A DNA stretch of 59,945 nucleotides, taken from positions 1 through 59,945 of the forward strand of contig JBBTXT010000007.1 in assembly GCA_038062135.1 (NCBI GenBank). The letters run 5' to 3'. The translations under genes were made by a program, and so were the position numbers. The DNA is from Patescibacteria group bacterium (GTDB taxonomy: Bacteria > Patescibacteriota > Minisyncoccia > 2-02-FULL-40-12 > GWA2-44-9). Each line of letters opens with the position of its first letter. The stretch's first letter is position 1. Below are positions 1-7,878 of this stretch, one piece after another. The notes beneath the pieces are model-generated. The model did not search any database and was not told where the DNA came from. It was given only the letters and a program-made list of their open reading frames with translations.

Positions 1-420
1 GTGGAGATGTGGGGAATCGAACCCCAGTCCGTAATTTTATCTGTATGGCGTGTACTGTGATAGCCGATTTGTTAGGCGAGAGGTTATGAAATCGGCAAAA
101 GAACCTCTCGTGTGCTTTCCTTATCTTAATCCAGGGCCGGGAAAACGGCGGGCCTTGAATGCAGTTCGCTGAATGACACCCTAGACCCACCAAAGCAAAG
201 CTTTGTTGGGTCGGGCGACCCAACCACGAAGTGATTGGGTTTAGCCCCGTCTGCTAGCGAACATCGCAGTAGGATGGCGTACCTAACCGAGGTTAGGCAA
301 ACGCGTAATTGCTGGAATGTGAATTGCCAGTTATATGTTTGGCCGGTGATTTAAGTGGTGACAGCCTTCCACCCGCAGCGCGATACAGATTGTAAAACAA
401 CGTCGAAACCGATCATCCCC
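1..420 (-). ncRNA. ssrA: tmRNA (SsrA); 3' terminal CA of CCA lies outside the window
   Basis: Minus strand starts GGGGATGATCGGTTTCGACG (from 420) and ends GGACTGGGGTTCGATTCCCCACATCTCCAC (at 1). tRNA-Ala-like acceptor GGGGATG/CATCTCC with G3:U pair; T-arm GGTTCGATTCC; internal tag frame; smpB nearby. Confidence 0.92.
293..328 (-). other. tmRNA tag-peptide reading frame GGC AAT TCA CAT TCC AGC AAT TAC GCG TTT GCC TAA = GNSHSSNYAFA*
   Basis: Preceded by ...ACATATAACT, like the usual resume-codon context. The hydrophobic YAFA C-terminus resembles canonical YALAA-type degradation tags. Confidence 0.6.
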
Positions 421-428
421 AGAACCCT

Positions 429-458
429 ATTATACCACATATTCTCAATATTTGACAA
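429..458 (-). promoter_or_regulatory. putative ssrA promoter TTGTCA-N18-(TGg)TATAAT, 8 nt before the GGGG 5' end
   Basis: Reverse complement of 429-434 is TATAAT with upstream TG. Reverse complement of 453-458 is TTGTCA. Confidence 0.5.
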
Positions 459-497
459 CAAGCCCCAAAGTGGGAAAATATTCAAAAGGAGGAGGCC

Positions 498-785
498 ATG
501 GCTCAAGGAACGAACAAACTGATGCTCCAGATCGCTCTCCACGATCTTTCCATCACCGAACTTCTTGTCATGGGCTGTGCGATGATCCAGCGAGATGGAG
601 AAATCCTTGACCAGATCCTACACCGCCTCTCGTCAATAGATTTGGACATGATCATGGAATGGATCCCTCCGATGTGTGATGGGGAGATCCTGAAAGCGGT
701 AGAGGAGTTGATTGCCGAGAAGTCTGCTTACACCCTAGACTGTGATCCTTACTTGAACAAGGCCATTCTTCAGGGGAGGGTTTGA
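498..785 (+). CDS. hypothetical protein, 95 aa (GC-richer island gene)
   Basis: Strong SD AAGGAGGAGG (486-495) 2 nt before ATG. Stop overlaps the next start (TGATG). No recognisable motif. Confidence 0.55.
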   Translation: MAQGTNKLMLQIALHDLSITELLVMGCAMIQRDGEILDQILHRLSSIDLDMIMEWIPPMCDGEILKAVEELIAEKSAYTLDCDPYLNKAILQGRV

Positions 786-1000
786 TGTCTAACCACATCC
801 TCAAGCCCGTCTCGAGCGTTAAGCTTAGCCCTTGGAAGGATCTCGAAAAGACCATGGGCGAGAGCTGTTTCCTAATCGATTGTCTGGGTAGGCTGTCGTC
901 GGAACAACTCGGCGATCTTCGCAACGGCAATCATAACGCCGCACCGAAAGAGCTAGTCGAAGCCGCGCGCAAACTCCAGGGCTGCGAGTGGCTCGGCTGA
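785..1000 (+). CDS. hypothetical protein, 71 aa, translationally coupled to the previous ORF
   Basis: ATG at 785 overlaps the upstream TGA. Followed by an intrinsic terminator at 1005-1042. Confidence 0.5.
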   Translation: MSNHILKPVSSVKLSPWKDLEKTMGESCFLIDCLGRLSSEQLGDLRNGNHNAAPKELVEAARKLQGCEWLG

Positions 1001-1004
1001 AGGA

Positions 1005-1042
1005 CCGCTTTATCTCTGGGAGGAAGATAAGGCGGTTTTTTT
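1005..1042 (+). terminator. rho-independent terminator
   Basis: Hairpin CCGCTTTATCT / AGATAAGGCGG (one G:U pair) followed by TTTTTTT. Confidence 0.75.
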
Positions 1043-1077
1043 ATTTTAATTTTGCATAAGCAAAATTAAAATAAAAA
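1038..1077. repeat. AT-rich near-perfect palindrome (TTATTTTAATTTTGC-ATAA-GCAAAATTAAAATAA)
   Basis: 13-18 bp complementary arms around a 4-nt loop, between two convergent GC hairpin terminators. Confidence 0.7.
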
Positions 1078-1109
1078 GAATCGGGCGCGGCGGTTAAACC
1101 GCGCCCGAT
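1071..1109 (-). terminator. rho-independent terminator for the minus-strand 166-aa gene
   Basis: Minus strand reads ATCGGGCGCGG-TTTAACCG-CCGCGCCCGAT followed by TCTTTTTATTTT. Confidence 0.7.
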
Positions 1110-1126
1110 GGTGGTGGGAGCCGGAA

Positions 1127-1627
1127 CTAGAGCCAGAGTGAGTGACTGCACCCGGCTTCGGCCTGGCGGTGCTTTCGCGGACTCCTAGGTGGGTTGCCTG
1201 TCTTTCGGTGGCGCCTCTCGCCCCAGGGAAGTTGGCCGGTATCCAGGCGAGCCTGGAAGTGGCGCATGAAGTTTGCGGCGAGTAGGTTCGCGCAGGTCTC
1301 GGCGCGCCGGAGCTGGAAGTTCGCGTTCGAGAGGTTCGGCCCTCTGCCGATGTAGACGAGGTAGGTCGCGGCCAGCGCCCAATTGGGGACGCGCATCCAA
1401 GATGTGCCCTTCTCGAAGTGGCGAAGCAAGAACCGCGAGGTGTTGTCGTCCACCAGGGCGACGCCCGTGAGACGTCCACCCTTGATGCGATCCATCAGCT
1501 CGCAGTCCTCGGTCGCGATGATGTGACTGTCCGGGGCCCTACTCCCGAGTTTCATCAGTTTTCCGATCACCATCGGTGACCGGACCTGATCGAGATGTGT
1601 GTAGATCGCGATTCGGGATGTCGTCAT
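1127..1627 (-). CDS. hypothetical protein, 166 aa, GC-rich
   Basis: SD AGGAGGAGG about 5 nt upstream of ATG. Several long shadow ORFs in other frames indicate high GC. Has its own terminator. No confident family assignment. Confidence 0.6.
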   Translation of the reverse strand: MTTSRIAIYTHLDQVRSPMVIGKLMKLGSRAPDSHIIATEDCELMDRIKGGRLTGVALVDDNTSRFLLRHFEKGTSWMRVPNWALAATYLVYIGRGPNLSNANFQLRRAETCANLLAANFMRHFQARLDTGQLPWGERRHRKTGNPPRSPRKHRQAEAGCSHSLWL

Positions 1628-1852
1628 GCTTTCCTCCTCCTGAAAAGTTTTTGTCCTAACAACTAACCGACCCCTCGTTCGGGGGCCGGTTTCTGATTTC
1701 CTTGAAGTGTTTTCTTAAGAAAGGCAGGAACGGACTCCCGAACTTTGGTCGGCGGTGAGCTTAATAAAGAGGCAGACGTAATTGTGGTTCGGGAAAAATG
1801 CGTTCATGTAATTAAAATACAATATAATCTCGTTGGAGTAATCCGTCAATGG

Positions 1853-2296
1853 CTAATCTTCGGACATTCCGCGCTGTTTAGAGCGGGCAACATCTTTCTT
1901 TTTGATGGCTTCGCGCTTGTCGTATTTCTTTTTACCTTTTGCGATGCCGACGGACAGCTTTACGCGTCTGCCTTTTGCATATAGTTTAAGCGGAATGAGC
2001 GTTAAGCCGCGTTCTTTGGTGAGACCGATAAGGCCGTTGATCTCGCGCTTGCTCAAAAGAAGGGGGCGACTGGCATCCGGATCATAGGTTTCTGGGGTGT
2101 TGCCGGGCTGATAGGGAGCGATGTGGGCACCGATGAGCATCGGTTTGTCGCTGATTATTTTAACGTATGCTCCGCGCAACGACGCTTTGCCATCGCGGAT
2201 CGCTTTTACCTCAAATCCTTTCAAAACCAAACCCGCCTCTACTGTTTCAAGGATTTCGTAGTCAAAACCGGCTCTTGGGTTGGCGGCGTACTCCAT
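1853..2296 (-). CDS. smpB: SsrA-binding protein SmpB
   Basis: 147 aa; LLLSKREINGLIGLTKERGLTLIPLKLY and GIAKGKKKYDKRE match the SmpB family pattern; next to ssrA. Confidence 0.95.
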   Translation of the reverse strand: MEYAANPRAGFDYEILETVEAGLVLKGFEVKAIRDGKASLRGAYVKIISDKPMLIGAHIAPYQPGNTPETYDPDASRPLLLSKREINGLIGLTKERGLTLIPLKLYAKGRRVKLSVGIAKGKKKYDKREAIKKKDVARSKQRGMSED

Positions 2297-2310
2297 AGTA
2301 TGGATTCCGC

Positions 2311-3432
2311 CTAGTCTTTCGCATTGCGCTCTTCCAGGCGGATTTTCAAAGTTAACTTTTCTTTTTCTCGCAGGACATCCAGGGTAACGACATCGCCAAC
2401 CTTGAACTTGCGCAGGGCATCGCTTAAGTCCTGGTCTTCTGTTAGCTCGCTGCCATCAATGGCCGTGATGATGTCATTCTCTTTTATGCCCGCTTTGTCG
2501 GCTGGAGATTTTGGAATTACAGCTACAGAATGAGGGAGATGGTCGCGGATAACGAGTGCGCCATGATCCGTGGGTAGTCCGTATTTTTCCTGCGATTCCT
2601 TGTTTAGCATTACATACATCAAACCGATGTATGGCTTTATAATCCGGCCGTGCTCAATAATGTCACTTAAATCGCTTTTTGCCCAGGATATTGGTATCGC
2701 GAAGCCGATGTTCTGCGCGCCTGAAATAACAGCGGTGTTTATGGCGATTGCCTTGCCGTCCAGATCAATGAGCGGCCCGCCGGAATTGCCCTGGTTGATA
2801 GCAACGTCGGTTTGGATGACTCCGCGCAGGCGTTCCATGTGTCCGCCGTCTCCCAGCGAAGCGGAAATACTTCGGGCAAGGCCGGAAACGATCCCGCGCG
2901 ATACGCTATTGGAAAACATGCCTAGTGCGTTGCCGATGGCGACTACAGTTTGGCCGAGTTCAAGGTGGCGATCGTCGCCGAGGTCTATGATTGGCAGTCC
3001 GGTTGCTTTAATTCTTAAAACCGCGATGTCATTAAGAGGATCGCGCGACAAGACTTCCGCCTGGTGTTCCTTGCCGTCGTTGGTGACGACGGTATATTCG
3101 GCGTCCGGCTCAAGCACCACGTGCTTGTTGGTTAAAATCAGCCCGTCTTCAGAAACGATGAACCCGGAACCTCCGCCGACTTTTGTTTTTTCTTTTGCGC
3201 CGTCCTCAACGTCCTCAAATGGAAACGGGTTAAAGAAAGAAGTCGGATTCAACCCGCGCATGCGCGGAAGATATTTTGAAATGACGATGCTAACCACCGC
3301 CGGTTTGGATTGCTTTATGACATCAATGATAAGTTTATCGTGAGCGTGGATGGGCATACCCATATTATGCGGTCTAGAACGTCCAATGGCAACGCAAAAA
3401 TGGGGATAGCTTAAAAGATTAAACATTTCCAA
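2311..3432 (-). CDS. htrA: HtrA/DegP-family serine protease with C-terminal PDZ domain
   Basis: Catalytic contexts TNKHVV, DIAVLRI, GNSGGPLID; PDZ-like PADKAGIKENDIITAIDG. Start uncertain: TTG 3432, ATG 3426 or ATG 3363. Confidence 0.9.
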   Translation of the reverse strand: MEMFNLLSYPHFCVAIGRSRPHNMGMPIHAHDKLIIDVIKQSKPAVVSIVISKYLPRMRGLNPTSFFNPFPFEDVEDGAKEKTKVGGGSGFIVSEDGLILTNKHVVLEPDAEYTVVTNDGKEHQAEVLSRDPLNDIAVLRIKATGLPIIDLGDDRHLELGQTVVAIGNALGMFSNSVSRGIVSGLARSISASLGDGGHMERLRGVIQTDVAINQGNSGGPLIDLDGKAIAINTAVISGAQNIGFAIPISWAKSDLSDIIEHGRIIKPYIGLMYVMLNKESQEKYGLPTDHGALVIRDHLPHSVAVIPKSPADKAGIKENDIITAIDGSELTEDQDLSDALRKFKVGDVVTLDVLREKEKLTLKIRLEERNAKD

Positions 3433-3447
3433 TTTTTACGTTATAGT

Positions 3448-5304
3448 GTGCCTATGGGAAATATAGACACGGGATACAGTTCGCTGACCGAGTACAAAGA
3501 GTCCGTAGAAAAGGATGTTAAAAATTTGGTTAGAAAAAAGGGAAAAGAAAAACAAGAAAGAGATTACATCAAACATTCGTCTTATGCGATATCTCGTATA
3601 AAGGAGGAGATATGCTTATTGTTTAATAATAAATACGATCTAACGGGCGATACAAAAAAAATAAACATCTCATTGCCTCCCAAGCATATACATGCCGATC
3701 TAACGGTATCAGTTTTTGATTACTCAAAAACTCTTAGGAAGTCTCCAGCTCTTCTAGCGAGAGAACTCGCGGACTTTATTAATACTTCGCAAAAAAAATA
3801 CATTGAATCCGTCAGCGCTAATAATGGTTATATAAATATCTTAATAAACAAAAAAGAATTTTATAGCCAAATCCTTTCTTCCGTTTTAAGACTTGGCGAC
3901 AAATATGGTTTCTCGGATGTTTATAAGGGTAAGACGGTGCTTATAGACTACTCTTCCCCGAATATTGCTAAGCCGTTTGGAATTGGCCATTTACGCTCCA
4001 CAGTAATAGGACAGGCATTGGCGAATTTATATTATGCTGTAGGTTATTCGGTAATACGTGATAATCATTTGGGGGATTGGGGAACACAATTTGGTGCGCT
4101 TATTTATGCGTATACGCATTGGGGCGATGAAGCCGTTATTGCCGCCAACCCAATTGAGGAATTAAAGAATTTGTATGTCCGATTTACAGAGGAAGCAAGA
4201 GAACAACCAGCACTGAAAGAGGAAGCACGGAAATTATTTTCTCAATTAGAACAGGGCGATGAAGGGTTAGTTATCCTTTGGAAAAAATTTAGAGAGCTAA
4301 GTCTTCAAGAATTCCAAAAAACTTATGATAGGTTAAATGTTTCGTTTGATTGTATGTTGGGTGAAAGTTTTTACACGGAAGATTTTAATAAAGTTATCCG
4401 AGATCTAAAAGAGAAAGGAATCGCAAAAGATTCTGAAGATGGTGCTGTTATTGTGGAAAATCTGGACAACTTACCATCATTCTTACTACAAAAGAATGAT
4501 GGCTCGACCATTTATATTTTACGCGATGTAATAACTGTGATGTATAGAAAACGTGTTTTTAATCCCGATGTGGTTCTTTATGTTGTTGGTTCCGAACAAA
4601 AACTGAATTTTCAGCAACTTTTTGCTCTTTGTAAGAAGGCCGGCTATTCGGGTGATATTAAAATGGAGCATGTGGATTTCGGGTTGGTTTTAATAGGTGG
4701 CGTGAAGATGTCTACCAGAAAGGGGACACTGGTCAACCTTGATGAAGTGCTTAAGCAGGTGATCGCGAAGGCACGCGATCTGCTTTTGGAAAAGGGTGAG
4801 TTGGATGTTTCTGTTCTAAATAAAACCTCCGATACTATTGGCATAAGTTCTGTTATCTATGCAGACCTTAAGCAAAACCGTAATAGTAATATTGAATTTG
4901 ATTGGCAAAAAATGTTGAGTTTGGAGTCTGGTAGCAGTGTTTATCTCCAATATACTTATGCCAGAATTGCTTCCATCCTTACCAAGACAAATGTCGCGCT
5001 CCCATTTAAGAAAATTGACCCTATATATTTTGTGCAGGATGCGCTCGAATTCAAGTTGGCTGTTAGATTGAGTTTATTTCCTGAAACAGTCTTGCATTCG
5101 GTTGAAAATAATACCCCACATTTTATCAGCGCCTATTTAGAAGAATTAGCTGCTGAATTTAATAATTTTTATACGCAAGTTTCTATATTAAAGACTGCTG
5201 ATAGCGCGTTACAAAAATCAAGGATTGCGCTAATAGCCGCGGTTGCCACCACAATAAGGAATGGACTTTCTTTATTAAATATCCCAACTCTCTCGAGACT
5301 CTGA
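3448..5304 (+). CDS. argS: arginine--tRNA ligase (about 45-aa N-terminal extension; start GTG 3448 or ATG 3454)
   Basis: SSPNIAKPFGIGHLRST (HIGH region), MSTRKG (KMSK-like), DWGTQFG, YLQYTYARI. AT-rich compared with its neighbours. Confidence 0.95.
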   Translation: MPMGNIDTGYSSLTEYKESVEKDVKNLVRKKGKEKQERDYIKHSSYAISRIKEEICLLFNNKYDLTGDTKKINISLPPKHIHADLTVSVFDYSKTLRKSPALLARELADFINTSQKKYIESVSANNGYINILINKKEFYSQILSSVLRLGDKYGFSDVYKGKTVLIDYSSPNIAKPFGIGHLRSTVIGQALANLYYAVGYSVIRDNHLGDWGTQFGALIYAYTHWGDEAVIAANPIEELKNLYVRFTEEAREQPALKEEARKLFSQLEQGDEGLVILWKKFRELSLQEFQKTYDRLNVSFDCMLGESFYTEDFNKVIRDLKEKGIAKDSEDGAVIVENLDNLPSFLLQKNDGSTIYILRDVITVMYRKRVFNPDVVLYVVGSEQKLNFQQLFALCKKAGYSGDIKMEHVDFGLVLIGGVKMSTRKGTLVNLDEVLKQVIAKARDLLLEKGELDVSVLNKTSDTIGISSVIYADLKQNRNSNIEFDWQKMLSLESGSSVYLQYTYARIASILTKTNVALPFKKIDPIYFVQDALEFKLAVRLSLFPETVLHSVENNTPHFISAYLEELAAEFNNFYTQVSILKTADSALQKSRIALIAAVATTIRNGLSLLNIPTLSRL

Positions 5305-5339
5305 TTATTTGGAGTTAGAACAGAAAATATAGACACAAA

Positions 5340-7307
5340 ATGCACAAAATAGATTTTAATAATATAGAGTGCCACGCACATGATTTTGCTAACCTGATCG
5401 TCAGAAGGAGGGGTTCTATCCATCGGGTATTAAGGCAGTATCAAAGCAAAGAGGTTGTTGATGATGAAATATGCCGCACGGTAGAAATGTTGAATAGTAT
5501 TCACGAACTAAAGGAGTATTTCTCTGGAAAAGTAAACCAAATTTCCGTATTTCTACCGCTAAATCTACCGCTGTACTCTTTTGCTCTCTTCGCTGCCATT
5601 CCGTCCTATCAGGCGCGATACTTAATAGTGCGTGCTCCTGAGAAAATGACCACGATATTTCGTGAATTGTGCAAGGCGCTTTCATTAGATTCTATTTTTA
5701 AAAACATTTCTTTCTTTGAAGGTGGGCGGCAGGACTTTTTGGATGAGTATTGTGTCAAGTCCGATGTAATAATTTTCACCGGAAAATATGAGAATTTTGT
5801 AAAGATTAGAGAGCTATGTGGGAAGAAAACCCTTATTCTATTTAATGGTGTCGGTCATAACCCTATTTTGGTCACAGAGACAGCTAACATCGAAAATGCA
5901 GTTGAAAAGACTTTACATGTAAAATTATTCAATAATGGTCAAGATTGTGCTGGACCAGATATGATTTTGGTTCACTCTACGGTGGTAGGGCGTTTTTTAA
6001 ATTTACTAATAAAGAAGTTGAAGGCTGTACGGGCAGATTTTGATTATGAAGATAATGATACAAGAGTGGGCCCGGTTTTTGAATTTTCCTCACTCGGTCA
6101 GTTTAGTAAAATAATACGGGATGTTCTAAAGTGTGGCGGGAAGGTGCTTGAGGGAGGTATTGTTGATTACAAAAACAACATTATCTATCCTTGTGTTTGT
6201 AGTAATTCTTTGCGGGACTACGTTAATTTTGAAGAGTTATATAGCCCAATCTTTTTAGTAGCGGAATATTCAGATGATGCTGAATTAAGCCTTTATTTTG
6301 ATGACTCCCACAAAAGGTATACGGAAAAGCAGATGTATGTATCGGTCTTCGGTCAAAGTAGGTATGTTAACGAGAAATTGCCTGGTACTATTCCATTAAA
6401 AAATATATCAGTTCACGATGCAGAAAGAGGGGTCGAGGAGTATGGTGGCTACGGTCTAGGTGCATCCGCAGTTTCGTTTAACAGACTTATTATTCCAAAA
6501 CCCATATTGGTTCCGCGAGAAATTTATACGTATATTCTCTCTCCTTACAATGAAGCCATAAAACGGGGAAATGGATTGGAGAGTGCTGTAATTGAGAAGC
6601 TTTTTAAGGAGACAGTACTAAAGATCTTTAAAGAAAACCTCGTATTCGCATATATTTTCGGTAGCTATGCGCGAAATCGTGCGAAATCATTTAGCGATAT
6701 CGATACTTTTGTCTGTGTTCAAAGAAAGGACGACAAACAAATACGCCAATATCTTGAGTGGATTTTTGAAATATCCGAAGTCTTTGGGAAAATTCCAGAT
6801 TTTAGATATCCAGTAGAGATAGTAGAGTTTGGACAGTTGGAAAATGCGGTAAAGTCCTTTGATGATTTGACTCTTGCCGCTGACATTAATTCGGCTGATA
6901 AGTATGACTCGATGATTTGGTTGCACTCGCTTTCGCATTATAAGATTGCCTTGGTAGGAGAAATCCCGGAAGGATGGGAAGCGGTTTTTCCTGCTAACTC
7001 AAGTAGGATACTCAAATCTTTTCTTGATGATTTAAGGGAGAAAATTGTCAGTGGTATTTTACCAGCAAATCATAATTATTTTTCTGAAATCCCTACCAGC
7101 ACAGATGAGGTTGATAATTATATAAATAACCTAGGAAACGGGAAAAAACTGATAGATATATTGAAGTATATCTATTTCGATGAAAAGCCAGTATTCACGA
7201 AGGATGTCCTCGAGATAATTCAATCAAGAGCCTTTTTTGGAAGAAAGATTATGATCGGAAATGGAACAACCTTTTTGGATAAAAGTTTTAGGTTCGGTGT
7301 TGTATAA
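5340..7307 (+). CDS. fusion protein: ALDH-superfamily (LuxC/acyl-CoA-reductase-like) domain + Pol-beta-type nucleotidyltransferase with helical C-terminal region
   Basis: ALDH blocks in order: LPLNLPLY (PWNFP-like), FTGKYENF (FTGS-like), FNGVGHNPILV (ELGG position, Glu absent), FNNGQDCAGPDMILVH (catalytic Cys), EELYSPIF (EEIFGP-like). Then the NTase motif GSYARNRAKSFSDIDTFV. Confidence 0.75.
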   Translation: MHKIDFNNIECHAHDFANLIVRRRGSIHRVLRQYQSKEVVDDEICRTVEMLNSIHELKEYFSGKVNQISVFLPLNLPLYSFALFAAIPSYQARYLIVRAPEKMTTIFRELCKALSLDSIFKNISFFEGGRQDFLDEYCVKSDVIIFTGKYENFVKIRELCGKKTLILFNGVGHNPILVTETANIENAVEKTLHVKLFNNGQDCAGPDMILVHSTVVGRFLNLLIKKLKAVRADFDYEDNDTRVGPVFEFSSLGQFSKIIRDVLKCGGKVLEGGIVDYKNNIIYPCVCSNSLRDYVNFEELYSPIFLVAEYSDDAELSLYFDDSHKRYTEKQMYVSVFGQSRYVNEKLPGTIPLKNISVHDAERGVEEYGGYGLGASAVSFNRLIIPKPILVPREIYTYILSPYNEAIKRGNGLESAVIEKLFKETVLKIFKENLVFAYIFGSYARNRAKSFSDIDTFVCVQRKDDKQIRQYLEWIFEISEVFGKIPDFRYPVEIVEFGQLENAVKSFDDLTLAADINSADKYDSMIWLHSLSHYKIALVGEIPEGWEAVFPANSSRILKSFLDDLREKIVSGILPANHNYFSEIPTSTDEVDNYINNLGNGKKLIDILKYIYFDEKPVFTKDVLEIIQSRAFFGRKIMIGNGTTFLDKSFRFGVV

Positions 7308-7379
7308 TGGTAGCCAGCATTTGAACCCCCCTTTCCATAGAAGTGGTGAGATTTTAGGGATTAAAGTCCTAAAGAGAAT

Positions 7380-7787
7380 TTAAGTTCGGCGATGATTGCG
7401 GAGCCAGGCGGCTGCCAGGATTAGTGCGCCGACAATGTCCACAACCAAGTCTCCAAGGGTGTCCCATAATCCGCCTCCGTGGAAGTATTTATAGAAAAGG
7501 GGGAGTACGTCTTTTGCTAGAGTTCCAGAACTCGCCTCGGCGACTTCCCAAAAGATTCCTATTATTGCGGCGATGCCGACGGCAAACAAAATCGCGATTC
7601 CTTGCGGCATCCGATCTAAATCTTTTTCAAACCAAGACAACACAAATGCTGCCAGCGTAGCCCCTCCCAAGAGGTGGAACAACTTATCTAGATGGGGAAT
7701 TGTATCGTATAAACCCAGGCGAACGCCAAAAAGAATGGCCAGAACTAATATGATAAGGGCTGAAAATGCGGAGGCGTATAGTTTCAT
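7380..7787 (-). CDS. hypothetical integral membrane protein, 135 aa
   Basis: About four hydrophobic helices (ALIILVLAILFGV, GGATLAAFVLSWF, IAILFAVGIAAIIGIFW, VVDIVGALILAAAW). Confidence 0.6.
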   Translation of the reverse strand: MKLYASAFSALIILVLAILFGVRLGLYDTIPHLDKLFHLLGGATLAAFVLSWFEKDLDRMPQGIAILFAVGIAAIIGIFWEVAEASSGTLAKDVLPLFYKYFHGGGLWDTLGDLVVDIVGALILAAAWLRNHRRT

Positions 7788-7878
7788 AATTGTATTCCAG
7801 TAAAACAGATTTTGAGCCGGCTGACAATGTTTAGCTCAAAATTGCCATTGAAAAATATACTCATTTTGCTAGCATGGA

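Noticed and set aside
351-542. 63-aa minus-strand ORF overlapping the tmRNA 5' region and its promoter.
   Set aside because: It lies across a confidently identified tmRNA and promoter, and has no start context.
1066-1479. Overlapping ORFs 1066-1479 (minus), 1185-1400 (minus) and 1273-1470 (plus) in the ssrA-smpB island.
   Set aside because: Same GC-shadow effect. Only the 1127-1627 frame has a strong SD, a sensible composition and a terminator.
2570-3343. 257-aa plus-strand ORF antisense to htrA. Similar long antisense ORFs occur at 9661-10209, 16232-16666, 18292-18828, 22652-23047, 29727-30149, 30894-31394, 45782-46249, 48794-49213 and 56473-56943.
   Set aside because: Each is antisense to a gene with clear family motifs. 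They have low-complexity or odd composition and no initiation signals.
7788-7878. T-box leaders upstream of the aaRS genes (ileS, glyQS, pheS, thrS, argS).
   Set aside because: All upstream regions are far shorter than a T-box leader (about 200 nt or more). No T-box sequence (AGAGA / GNUGGUA-type bulge) was seen.
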